Shown piece after piece: positions 13,301 to 25,300 of a stretch of 64,000 nucleotides of DNA. The position numbers and the translations under genes are program-made. Under the pieces are notes generated by a model. It saw only the letters and a program-made list of their open reading frames with translations, did no database searches and had not been told where the DNA came from. Source of the stretch: Phoronis australis (Eukaryota > Animalia > Phoronida); NCBI GenBank assembly GCA_002633005.1, contig NMRA01000312.1, forward strand, positions 77,627 to 141,626, read 5' to 3'. Every line of letters begins with the position of its first letter. Position 1 is the first letter of the stretch.

Positions 13301-16300
13301 TAAAAGTTTACCCCTTGGATGGGGTCTAAAAAGGTGACATTAAATAAGATGCTAATGGCCAGTATCGCTATTAAGTCAAGCCGTGGACGGCTAGAATATT
13401 TTCTCAATAACATAGTACTGTAAAAACAAAATATTTTAAAATGAGCATGCCCAGACAGAAAAGTGCAAAAAACAAATTTACTTGTCGGCTTACGCATATC
13501 ATAGGAATGATGGGGTCGAACCAAAAATATTTTAAAGAGCTGCCTTAAATGGATTCATCTTCCTTCACAGCAAAACCTCAAAACAGTGACCTACATATTA
13601 ATCAATAAAATATTATGGAACGTAACACAAATGGGGGGTGAGCGAGAGCAAGTACGAGCTGCTTGTTTGTGTACCTTTGTAACTTGCATGCCTTCAGATA
13701 CTCCTCATCGGGGGGTACAGGTAAAGCTTTCATCTTGGCCATAGCCTTCCTCCACTTAGAGTCGGACCGTCGGTGATGTTTATGCAGGAACTCCTCTCCC
13801 TTCTGTAAACCCGTCTCCTTGACAACGTCTATGTCTTCCTCATCCTCCTCCACATCAGGTTTTTTGATGACCAGTGAATAGAAAACGGCCAGACCCAGCA
13901 CCTGCATGGTCACAGGAAATGACATTACTATGTCTATGAAGGCTAAGCTGCAGTGGTAACACCATAGGAATAACGTTTGAATTAAACTTACAGCTAAAAA
14001 TTGAAGGGGTCTATACAGATTGCTTTTCGATGACGACCTGTCATTTTGTTCCAACTTCCAATAATCTACCAGCAATTGATGGGCCCTCTGCAACCTAGCA
14101 GACACTTCGAGAGTGCAAGTACCGTACATGCCACTTAGTGCCAGTGAACAGACTGATGGCAGACCGTGCCAGGGAACAGACTGATGGCAGACCGTGCCAG
14201 GGAACAGACTGATGGCAGACCGTGCCAGGGAACAGACTGATGGCAGACCGTCATCAAAAAGCCCTCTACATTACCCATTAAATTTTAACTGTCAGTATGG
14301 TTTAAGCCCCAATCACAATCATTCACTATTTATTTTTGTTTATCATATATCTCCATGATAGCAAGTAGCAGCATATATTAATAAAAACAACCACGGTTTT
14401 AAATCGAATTGGAGCTCTGTAGGTGAATATTTACATGACTTTGTGAACTTCTTTCAGAATTTAGATGTTCCTTGGTCCTGGTTTTCAAATGGAGAACAGT
14501 TTCGCCTATATAACTGAAGCCACATCCAGCACAGAAAAATTTGTATACTACCCTGGACCGTAGACCCATAGGAATTTTGTCCTTAGGGTTAAATAAATTT
14601 GACAGTTTTAGAGACTTGAATGTTAATACAACTCTTAAGTTAATACAGTAATCATTCACCAATCTGTTGAGTTTTCGTTGAGCAATGATCTTAGCGTAAA
14701 ACTCAACATAGGGTACTTTAAAGTACTTGTAGTTAGTTTTGTCTACAGGATGAATATCAGGGTTACGTTGGAGTCTTGCTTTCCGTACCCTATTGACTAA
14801 TTCTAGAGGATAGCCATTCTTTTGCAAATTCGTTGTAAGTTCTTTAATATTAGAATCAAATCTAGCCCAAGTGTTGTTAATGCGATATACCCTGTCTATT
14901 AGAGCTTTAATGAGATCTACTTTATAAACAGAGGATGTGAAGCTATGAAAACAAGTGTACAGTCCTGTCTTATTATGAAATACTGATGTTATCACTGAGG
15001 TACCCTCACGCTCCACTACTTGTTGCTGGGCCTAGCTAGGTGGCCACTATATTCTCTCTTCTGATGATGGAGTTTGAATAAATGACACCGAAACATGTCA
15101 ATTCGATTTAAAACCGTGGCTGTTTTTAACATATATATAATTAAACTTAACTGGTTTCATTAAAGAAAACTGCAAAAAATATAGTTTTCAGAAACTCATG
15201 CAGACGGGTGGTGTAACTCGTGCAGTGTAAAACAATTTAAAAGCAAAATCAATATTAAAATAAAACATCACATAGATCTAATAAATTATTCACAAAGAAA
15301 AAGTTTTAAATACAACTGTTTATATTAAATTACACAGTCAATAGTGTTATATCATCATGAACTTGAAAACTTTCATGTACCTCAGCAGTGCGCATAACTG
15401 ATTGCGTTTTAAGTCATTCTTGAATCATAGCTTGAGAATGGTAGATATTCCTGCTGAAACATGCTGCGATTGTAACACTTTGTTGTTCTCATTCAAACAA
15501 AAGAACAGTAAACAATTTAGAACAAAGTGACTACAAGAATTTAAAGTGATAAAGGGTGCTTTTGGATGCTTATAAATCTACAATTACGTCAGACACATCA
15601 AGATGAAACAGGTTTGAGATGGTTTAACATGCCAAAAATGATGCCAACGAGTTCCACCATGAACGAAGTGCAATGTTACAAAAGTTATAAAGTCGAAAAA
15701 TAAGTGCACATAATTTCAGAATTCATATATATTAGTTTCTCCACACAAAAACAAAATCAAGACAAAACACGAGTCGTCACTGCGTGTCCCAAGGTAATAA
15801 TAAGCAATGAGCCTGGAGTGTGCACGTGCAATGATGCTATTAACAGTTGTCATGTACAATATTGTAGTAATGCATACCTTGATGGGCTGAGTGAAGAAGA
15901 TGGACTCAATGATAGAGACGATGAACGACACCATCCACTCATTGGATTTCTTGGCACCGAACACACCACCAACTTCCACAGTCATGTAGAAAGCCGCCCC
16001 ACATGACCCAAAGCACAGCACATAGCCAATGTAGATAAACCAGTGAGGAAGCAGAAATTTCTTCTTCTTTTTCCCTGACCTTGTTGTCTTTTCGTCTTCA
16101 TCTTCACCCTCATATGCATCTTGCAAGCTAATGGTACTGACCTGCACAGGAGACTTTAGGGAGCGCCCTGCGGGAAGCGGGGTTGTCCTAGGGGCAGGGG
16201 TTTTAAGCATGCGTTTCTCAGCATTTCCTGTTTCCAGGAATTCTACTTGCAGCTGCAGCTCTCGTGTAGGGTCAATGGGAATAGGGTCGTCTTTGTAGAC

Positions 16301-19300
16301 ACTGTGAAGCTTCTTTGCCGACTTGAACTTCTTTTTCGGAGCTTTAGCATACCGAAAGAGCATGACAATAAGGAGGTTGATGGGGAACACAATTAAACTG
16401 CTGTAAATTCCAGTGAGAATCTGTTGAGGAGACAAGGAGATTGGGCCTATCTCAACCACTTGTTGAGGTGTGGAGCCGTCGTCGGTGTCATAAAACAAAA
16501 TGTTTGCCATCATTGTGGAAAACAGGAGAGAGATGCAGCAGGTGAGCCGCTGGCACCGAGTGAAGCGGCTCTTGGCCGGCCGGCCGAACACGGAGAACCA
16601 GAGATGACCGTCAGTCAGATCCTTTTTTGTTTTGGTCCAGAACAGGTGGTTGAAGTTGGTCAGTTCTTCACGGCCAGCCAGAGGTATCACACGGTCCACC
16701 TACAGGGGAAGGTTAATGGTGGAACTATTTGTTGTTGTTGTGTGTGTAATAATAGAGTTACTGCCACAAATTTTTAAGGTATTCCAATGTCCCAGAACTT
16801 TGTAGCATAAATGGTAAAACGAAGTTAAAGAAATAGTGATCAGAAACCCTATAGGAAATTTTCTTTACAACTGCCAGGTGATATCACAAAGTTAAATATG
16901 AATCAGTATCGCACAATAATTTATCACTATAAGTACTATAAGAGGCTACAACAAACAAACAGCAGTGCCTCCTACCAGTCCCTCATCCTCGTCAACAGCC
17001 CACCACTTATCTCCAATGAAGAAGAACTTCTCGCCAGTCTGCAGGTCTCTGACCACCATGCGGCTGAAGAACCACGATGGGTTCGTGCCAGAGTTGTCGT
17101 GCCAGACACGCACGTGGGCAAGCTGCCCCAGGGTGTCAGACTCAGCCATAATGAACGAATCAACACTGCCCTTTTGTAGCACAGGTCTCTTGTCATCATA
17201 GATGAGGCGAGGATCGGTCTCACCTTCATCACCAGAAAATACCATGGAAACCTTGGCAGTTGTTCCTATGGAAACAGGGAAGCAAATGATAATCAAGAGG
17301 GAATTAATTTATACTGTCTCTGCAAAGCTGCTGTTATGCTAGATGTCCCAGTACTGAAAAAGCTAGGACTTGGTTTTGTCAGTGTTTCAAGAATGCAAAG
17401 CACAGTACTGAGGCGCACCACAGTATTGAGGCGCACCACAGTATTGAGGCGCACCACAGTTATCTTAGTCATTAAGCCACGAGCTCTTAGAGGAACAAGA
17501 TAAGTAAGGTTTGAAACACCATGATTTGCCAAGTGATAACTAAAAAAAGAAAACAAATCGCGTGTCATTTTTGCTTATCTCTGATGAATTTTCCTTTTTG
17601 AAAAAGTGATCAACTAAAAATACCGCACCACTGACTCAATTTTCAAAATTATGCTTTTTTGGCCAAACAGTATCAACATCTAACCTAAAGTGACCAAAAC
17701 AGTCATCGTCAAGACTTAGACGTCTAGAGCATGACAAGGGGTGGTCAGCTGGCCAGACAAACAGGTCATACAGCAGCCAACAAAAGCTGTCCCCAACCAA
17801 CAGAATAATGAGAACATGTTTGCGAACTGTACAACTGTTCACTGAAACTCACCAGCTCTGCTCTTGGAGCCTGTGTAGACAGTCAGTTCATACAAGTACT
17901 TGTGACGGGGATCATTATCCAACAGTGGACTGGAGCTGGCCTATTGGAGATAACATACAGGAGGGGTGAACAGCAAGACACTAATAACATCACCAGACAA
18001 TTTATTGTACTTATTTCTCTTCATGAAGAATACGACTGCAAAACTGACATTGAGCTAAAAGTCTGCACTCTTCTGCACAGCTGGTTCAACAATGTTGGGA
18101 ATCCCAGTGCTAATTTTTTGTTGTCATCACGCAATAAGATGAAAAGGTATAACTTAGATTCCGTTCAGAGTTATATTCGAAAAAGAGTGCACACATAGTC
18201 GGGCCTATTCCACGAAACACCTGTTCAAACATTTTATGCTTTCAACCTATTAATGTAGGCTAAAACCAGAAATTTCATTCACTCAATATCAATTACTTGA
18301 TAAAAATTCTCATGAAATTCAAAATACCATTAAGTAATGAAAATCCCATGTGACAAAAATATTCATTGCCATATGGCATTTATACTGTAGCATGGCACAA
18401 CAGAAGAAACCCCACATAGGACATTCAAATGTTCCATGTGAGAATGCAATGTCCCATAGGAAAAATGCCATTTGTCCCATAGAACATGGGTTTGTGAAAG
18501 CTAAATAAAGACAGTAATAACAAAAAATTGTTTCAGGCAAATTCAATAACATATCCATTACACCCACTGTCAACCGAATTGAGTCAAAACATTTCTTTAG
18601 ATTTTTTAAAAATGTCATTTGATATAAGAATGCATTAGGACAGGTTCATTATGAAGGAACTTATCAAGTTGGTGTGTGTCATTTAAGATAATGAGAAAGC
18701 TCTTCCACTTGTTGTAAGTAGACATGCGACGATACCATCCAGGTACTGGTCAGATGTTTTGGTGTTTGGACATAAGTACCACACGAAGGACACATATGGC
18801 TACCATTAGTCAAGCGCCCTTGTGAAAGGCTAGGTTACAGTCACTTTTTAGAATTTGGATCACATGTCTCGTGCCTAATCTATCAAAACTCACTAAAATA
18901 TTTGGTTTTCTTATATTGGGAAAGCTTTCCTTGGTTTGTATACAACATTTTAGAGATGCCCATTGTGCTGTTGACTAGTTGCCTAACCAGTTGTGTACAC
19001 TCATCCTGTACAATCCACAGAATATCAAGACAACAGATTCAGGAAAATAGTGAAGAAAGGTTGGCCTATGTTTGCCTGTCTATCGGCATAATATAATGCA
19101 AACTAAGGTTAAACATGAATTGGGTTCTACGTCTAATTGAAAGAATCTTCAAAATGTGATGGGAACAGAGGTATTTTGTCATTTTCTGTAAATCAGCAAC
19201 ACATGCCACATAACAGAATTTATTAGTTAACAATCCAATACCATGTCAACACCTACCTTCAGTTCATCCATCCTATCTGCTTTCTTAGCCCATATAAGTG

Positions 19301-22300
19301 TGGTTAGATAGAGACAGATCAGTGCCACCATAACAGAGAAGATGACAGGGTTACTGTCAAGTTTGAGGAAAGCAGAGTCTGCAGGGTTGATTGTGTTCAT
19401 CGGTACCTGGTGTTAGAACAGAGTGCATGATACACTGCAAATGGTGGACTCAATATTCACTAGGTGGCGTTGATGAGTACTGGGTCTGTTTTCATTATAA
19501 TGCGACAACAGAAAATTGTTAGCCTACAAGTGACACTTGTAGGATATCAACTGTCTCACATGGCTGGAAGCTTGCAAATAATACAGATGACCAAGATTGC
19601 TTTACTTCTGCCACTCTGAAACCTCACTGTATCTAATAACAGGGAACTGTTCCACTCAAAAATCAAGCTACTGCGTAATTTAGGAGTATATTAAGTTGAT
19701 ATTGTACAAAAGTTTTTGAAAAATATTATGTTCTTATGGTAAAAGATTTCCTATGAAACATGAGTTACACACAGATTACGATTTGTGTAAAAACAAAATT
19801 CAAATTTTTAGCTCATATGTTATAATTGTGGATTCAGTCTAAGGTATTTAGTACAACTGCTAATCAAAATGCTTAGTAAAAGGAACACGCAATGCTCAAT
19901 CACAATACAAACATTGATTCCTTTATTGTCCACAAGGTTAAAAAAAGTACAGTCGGTTCTGGTCTGTGATTTCTTTGAAAATAGAGTCGGCGGTCCAGTA
20001 TTTTTTTAGCCGCTCACCTCATCAAGAACACTTCACCTTAGACGAGCCTTGCTTACCCTTGCTTACATGCCTTTTCAAAAACACGGAAACCTTGGCTGAA
20101 ACTGATGTTTTTTTGGTCACAAAATGAGTCGAGGTCCAGAGCAGAACCCAGCTTTTATCATTATAACTATCAGCAACTCCCAACAAAATGAACATTCATT
20201 TAGTGTAATTGTAACGGAAGTGTGACAAACCTTTCAACGTCTCCTGAAATAGGCTTTCATAACCCATTAGTTTATGTTCATATTACATATCAATCATTTC
20301 ACCTTGAATGCGGCACCAAACGCAGCTGGCTTCTTCTTGACTACTGGTCTGACCATGTTGGGGTCAACCTCTCGCCGGACTCTCGTAGGATCTTCTTGGT
20401 AGTCAGGCGGCTTGGGCGGGGTAAGAAAGGAGCAGATGCAGTGAGTCTTGTAGGGGGTTGTCAATGGGCCAACCTGCCATGGAGAAATGAAGTGATTACA
20501 AACCTTTCCATGATGATTAGCATAAAGTGTCATACCAGCAAGACATGCTGTTTTATATTTACTGATAGATTGTTAACAAGACTGTATGTTCTTTAAAACA
20601 CACAGCAGTCCACAGCTTTGTTGAAATTCCTTCAGCTATAGGGGAATGTTTTTGGAAACCAGAAGTTAATAATTAACCTTTAATCAATTTTCTGGAAATT
20701 TAGTAAAAAAATGGTGATTTTTGTGTGAATTGTTTTCCATCACTGCCTACAATATGTAGCCATCTAGTAGATGATTGTGAGAATGAATAGGCTGGGTGTA
20801 AAGCTCTTATGAACCTGCCCGCTTTTGATTTAGATAAATAACCATGATTATAAAATTGGACTCAAATTGTCTTTTATGCAGATTATAAGTGATTTCTAGG
20901 CTTTGCATGAAATGCGTGATAACTAGTGCTTGAGACCAGATTCAATAGGTTAGTTTGAATGCGATGGTTATTTTTTTGCTGAGCCCGGACTCAAGCAATA
21001 ACAAATGATATTTTCTTTTCTGAGCCCGAAAACCACTTCTGGTCTGTGCAGGAAACAATGTGACCGTAATTTTGTAATACGGTAAGTGAAAAAATCAAGT
21101 TTTTTTTGGCCAGAAAGCTGGACCATGGCATCTTTAAATGAAATGGTTAGTTTTCATTCCCGCAATACAGCAGACAACAAATAAATGTACAGCACTGACC
21201 TCGCATCCATCTGTCTCCCATTGTTGAGTATAATCACTGAAGTACTTGCACTGTGCAGTGTAGGCCACAACTTTGTAGTAGACAGGGCCAGCGAATGGGT
21301 CCAATGGTTCCACTGTAGTGACATCTGGTGGTGCTGCAGTGGTCATATCTGTGCCAACAAAAAATGCAGACTCAAAGACTGACTACTTCTTGCAACAATT
21401 CCCAAAACATAACATTCCACGCATTAACTCATCAAGTATTTAAGGATTCACTGACAATATTCACTTCGGTCTTCATGTACGCACAGTAAGATCATGATAA
21501 AACCTCTAATAAAAGTGATAATGTTACAAAGCCAAGTGAACCTATTGCGGGAAAACTCAGTACCAAGAGTACAGGCAGTGTTGCCACTAACACCAGCCCC
21601 ATGATCCCAATTTCCAAAGAAGCAGACAGTAGGTCATAAAAGTTAAGCCACAGTTTGTTGTCTGTCTTATCCGTATCGCAACTACTATGAGTCATAATGG
21701 AGTTAGGAAATTGAGTACAGAATGATGCAAAAATAATCAGACAAAATGACTCCATCTAGCTCTTAACAAATTGAGGCTTCTGTAGCAGTAACATATTATA
21801 CAGGAATGCATTCAGTAGAGTGATTTTCTTGAAATTCGGCAACAAAATGCAAGACCATAATCACCCATTAAGTGAAAGGTCAGCATCTTGTGAGCTAGCT
21901 CAAGACCTTACTAGAATAAACTAGCAAGATGGCTGCCACTGAGGATGAGGAGATTGGAAAATAACGTGGCTCACTATTTCTGTACCATAAGGCAAATGTC
22001 TGCTATTATTTACTTGGAGCTAGAGTGGCGTTGCCTTTTAATGATCGTCTCTTCCTGGACAGCCTGCCAGTGGTTGTTGATGAAGATTCGGATGTTGTGA
22101 AGTCAGTGGCTTCAGTTGTGGCCTCGAAACCACTCTCGGCTGTCGTGGTCTCAGTCGAATTGAGGTCAGGCTTTTGACTTTTAATACCAAAGTAAATGGT
22201 CACCATGGTACCCCTGTAAAGCAGGAAACACGGAACATTATGAGCCATATTTATAAGGCAAAGCAAAAGTTTATTCCAACCTAGACTGCAGCTAGAACTA

Positions 22301-25300
22301 ATGACATATTTTTACATGATATATCCCATATTTCATGGCACTCAAAGTCCTTATGGCCCTAATGAAAAACTATTACGGATTTTTCAATGTAATTCTAAGC
22401 TTAAATTTTAAAGAAATGTTCGATTTAGACTTTTTCATCATGTGCTCTGCATTGGACAATCATCGAAAATATTATTAAAAATACTAAAATCAACACCATA
22501 TCTGAGATCTAAACGCAAAGATAATGTCACTGTTTTTATCAAGCATTAATAAAACAAATACTCTAAAACAATTAAAGTATCATTATTTTACTTGTTAATG
22601 AATTTGTTGGACTTGAAACAAGTATCCAAATCAGGTGTTCCCGTGGGGCCAGTAGGCTTCTTTTTCGGTGGTTCGCTAGTAGTGGATGCAGTACTGTTTT
22701 CACTGCCAGTCGTCGTCGTCGTCGGGGCAACGGTGGTAGTAACTTCTGATTCTACTTCCAGGGGTAGGCTGCAGTTGAACGAGTGATTGGTCATGGTCGG
22801 GACAAAGTTTATACCGACGTAGATGGTGAACCGTGTCCTGGGCAAAGTGAGAAAGATATCATCTCCCGTGATACTTGCTCTTGTTGTGGCAAGATTTTCT
22901 GCTGGATTTTGCCCTGGGGTGGCAGTGGATGTGGCTTCGGCCGTCGTCGTCAAGGGTGTAGTGCTTGATGCAGCTCTTGTTGTCCAATACTCATTTGTGA
23001 TGTTCATGCTTGATATGCTGATGTTACGCTTTGGAGGTTTTGTGAAAGGTGACATGGTTGTGAAGCCTGTCGGCGACTGCGGGTCACGGGTCATAGGTCG
23101 ACCCGTCGTAGGTCCAATTTTTGTCGTAGACGATGCAGTTGTAGTCCGCCATGACGGAGCCTGTGTCGTAGTTGGGATATTAAAAGTACTGCTGTATGTG
23201 CTTGAGAAGTAAGAGATGGTCGTTACAGGGCCAGTAGTGGTCGTAGTATAGTTTGTTACCGTTGAATTCGATGCCGTCTCATTCGTGTCATTTCGTGGTG
23301 GCAATGTTTGGAGCACATTTATATGCAGAGAACTTTTCCCTGGAATCATGATCTTGTGTATAACCATGCCGTCACCATCCCGGGTGTAATCAATGACGGG
23401 ATCCAGTGTCACGGATGACGCATCTCTAGTGATGACGATGTGGGTGGGGTCAGTCGTGTTTTCAGCCTCAACAGAGCTGCCTGTATCGTCAGTCACACTC
23501 AACATCACAACGTTACCGTCTACGTCCAACGTCTCGTTACCCTGCTGGCCGGGGAACGGGCTCTTCTTAGCACGCACAACCTACATCAAAAAGATTTTTC
23601 TTACATAAAAAGAAGAATTCTCATGCAGATGCAATATGATTTATATCATAGCCAAATTTATACAAAATATCACCACTATAGGATACAATATGTATACAAA
23701 ATATCACCACATGACTATAGGATACAATATGTATACAAAATATCACCACTACAGGATACAATATGTATACAAAATATCACCACTATAGGATACAATATGT
23801 ATACAAACTATAACCAATAAAGGATTCAATATGTTGGAAATAGGAAATTTCATTCTAATTGCCTTAGTGTGTGCCTCCAGATTTGCGCTACCGTTTTGAA
23901 GTTTATCAATAACACCAGACAGAATTTTGAAAAACTGGGGATTCACAACTACGTGATATGACCTAGAAAAAATTATTTTAGTTTGAAATCAGTGAGAATT
24001 TATCGTAAGGCTTCGACTACAAACATTGAAGCTCCTGACGTAATTCAAGATAATGGAGAGTAGTTTCAAATGACCAGTCAGAACAGTTTGCTTTGACACT
24101 GAAAGGTGAAGCAGTGACCCACCCAATGCCTCTGAAATAGAAAACTGTTCACTCTGTCTAACAGATAGAAATTACCAAGTAACTGCAACATATAGAGGGC
24201 ACTCGGACATAGAACAGTCTGCTAAAATATTTTACATTGTGCAGGTACAGGGTGACCATGAAATAAACCCACACATTGCTAAGATTAACACTGAATGGAA
24301 AGACCATACACAGACTGATTGAAGTATAAATCAACCAAATTTGAAAAAAATCAATGGATTTAATAATGTGCTGATCATTTGGTTTAGGGCTTTTTAAGTC
24401 AATGTGTATGGGAACATTGTTGAAAAATTTCAGACTGGAGTAATAACCAATCATGCGCAGACAATACTACTTAGACAGACTGTTGTCTGAATTTATTACA
24501 TATTTAAAGGAGAATGCCACCTAAAAACAACCTATTTTGTATCAATTTAGATCGAGGAGTTCCACTCAATAACAGCAAGCTCAGTTGTTTTACCTGACAC
24601 TTGACGGGAGACGGAGGTGTTGAAACTAACCAATGACGTAATCGGTTCGAACGCAGTCTGTTGCTCGTCTGTTCAGCCGTTCACAACACGCTTACTGGTG
24701 TCAACTTATCACTTGAATTCATCGTTTTACACCAATAAATCATCAAAATTCGATGTAAAACCCTTACAAATACATCAAGTTCTTGAACAAACGCGTTGTT
24801 TTATTTCACTGTTATGGATTTATAAGTATTTGAACATACCGTAGCCGACAGAGTTCGGTAGGCCAATTTACCATAAACGTCAACATGGCAACTCGCAATG
24901 GCCGACTTAGACGACAGCTCATCTGATGAAGACTTTACAGGTGGATCGTTAGGTTTTGCAGGCTATCAGTTCGAACCGCAATACACTGATCAAGAAATAC
25001 TAGAGAGGCGCCATGAGCATACACAGGCAACGGAACATACGAATAGTTCTTTGATAAGCTGGCAATCATCAGAGAAATCACAGTCGACGAAATATCGGCC
25101 ACAGACACGGAGATGTTTCGCGGCCTCATACTTGCTAATAACAGCGTACTTTTCATTCTTCACTACTGCGAGCCACTTCCTAAGCAATTTGGGTTCTCGA
25201 GGAAGTCGAAAAAACGACATACCTGTTTTCCTCACAGCTCCATAGTTCGGGCAAGCAGGAATGACACATCGCAATATAGCGGAATTCACTCTGCAGATGA

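Noticed and set aside
21492-21755. Hydrophobic 87-aa ORF in a polycystin intron
   Set aside because: Exons 25 and 26 already join in phase, it overlaps a MITE end, and a TM segment here would break the topology.
22592-23212. Val-rich + strand ORFs
   Set aside because: Antisense shadows of Thr-rich codons in exon 24.
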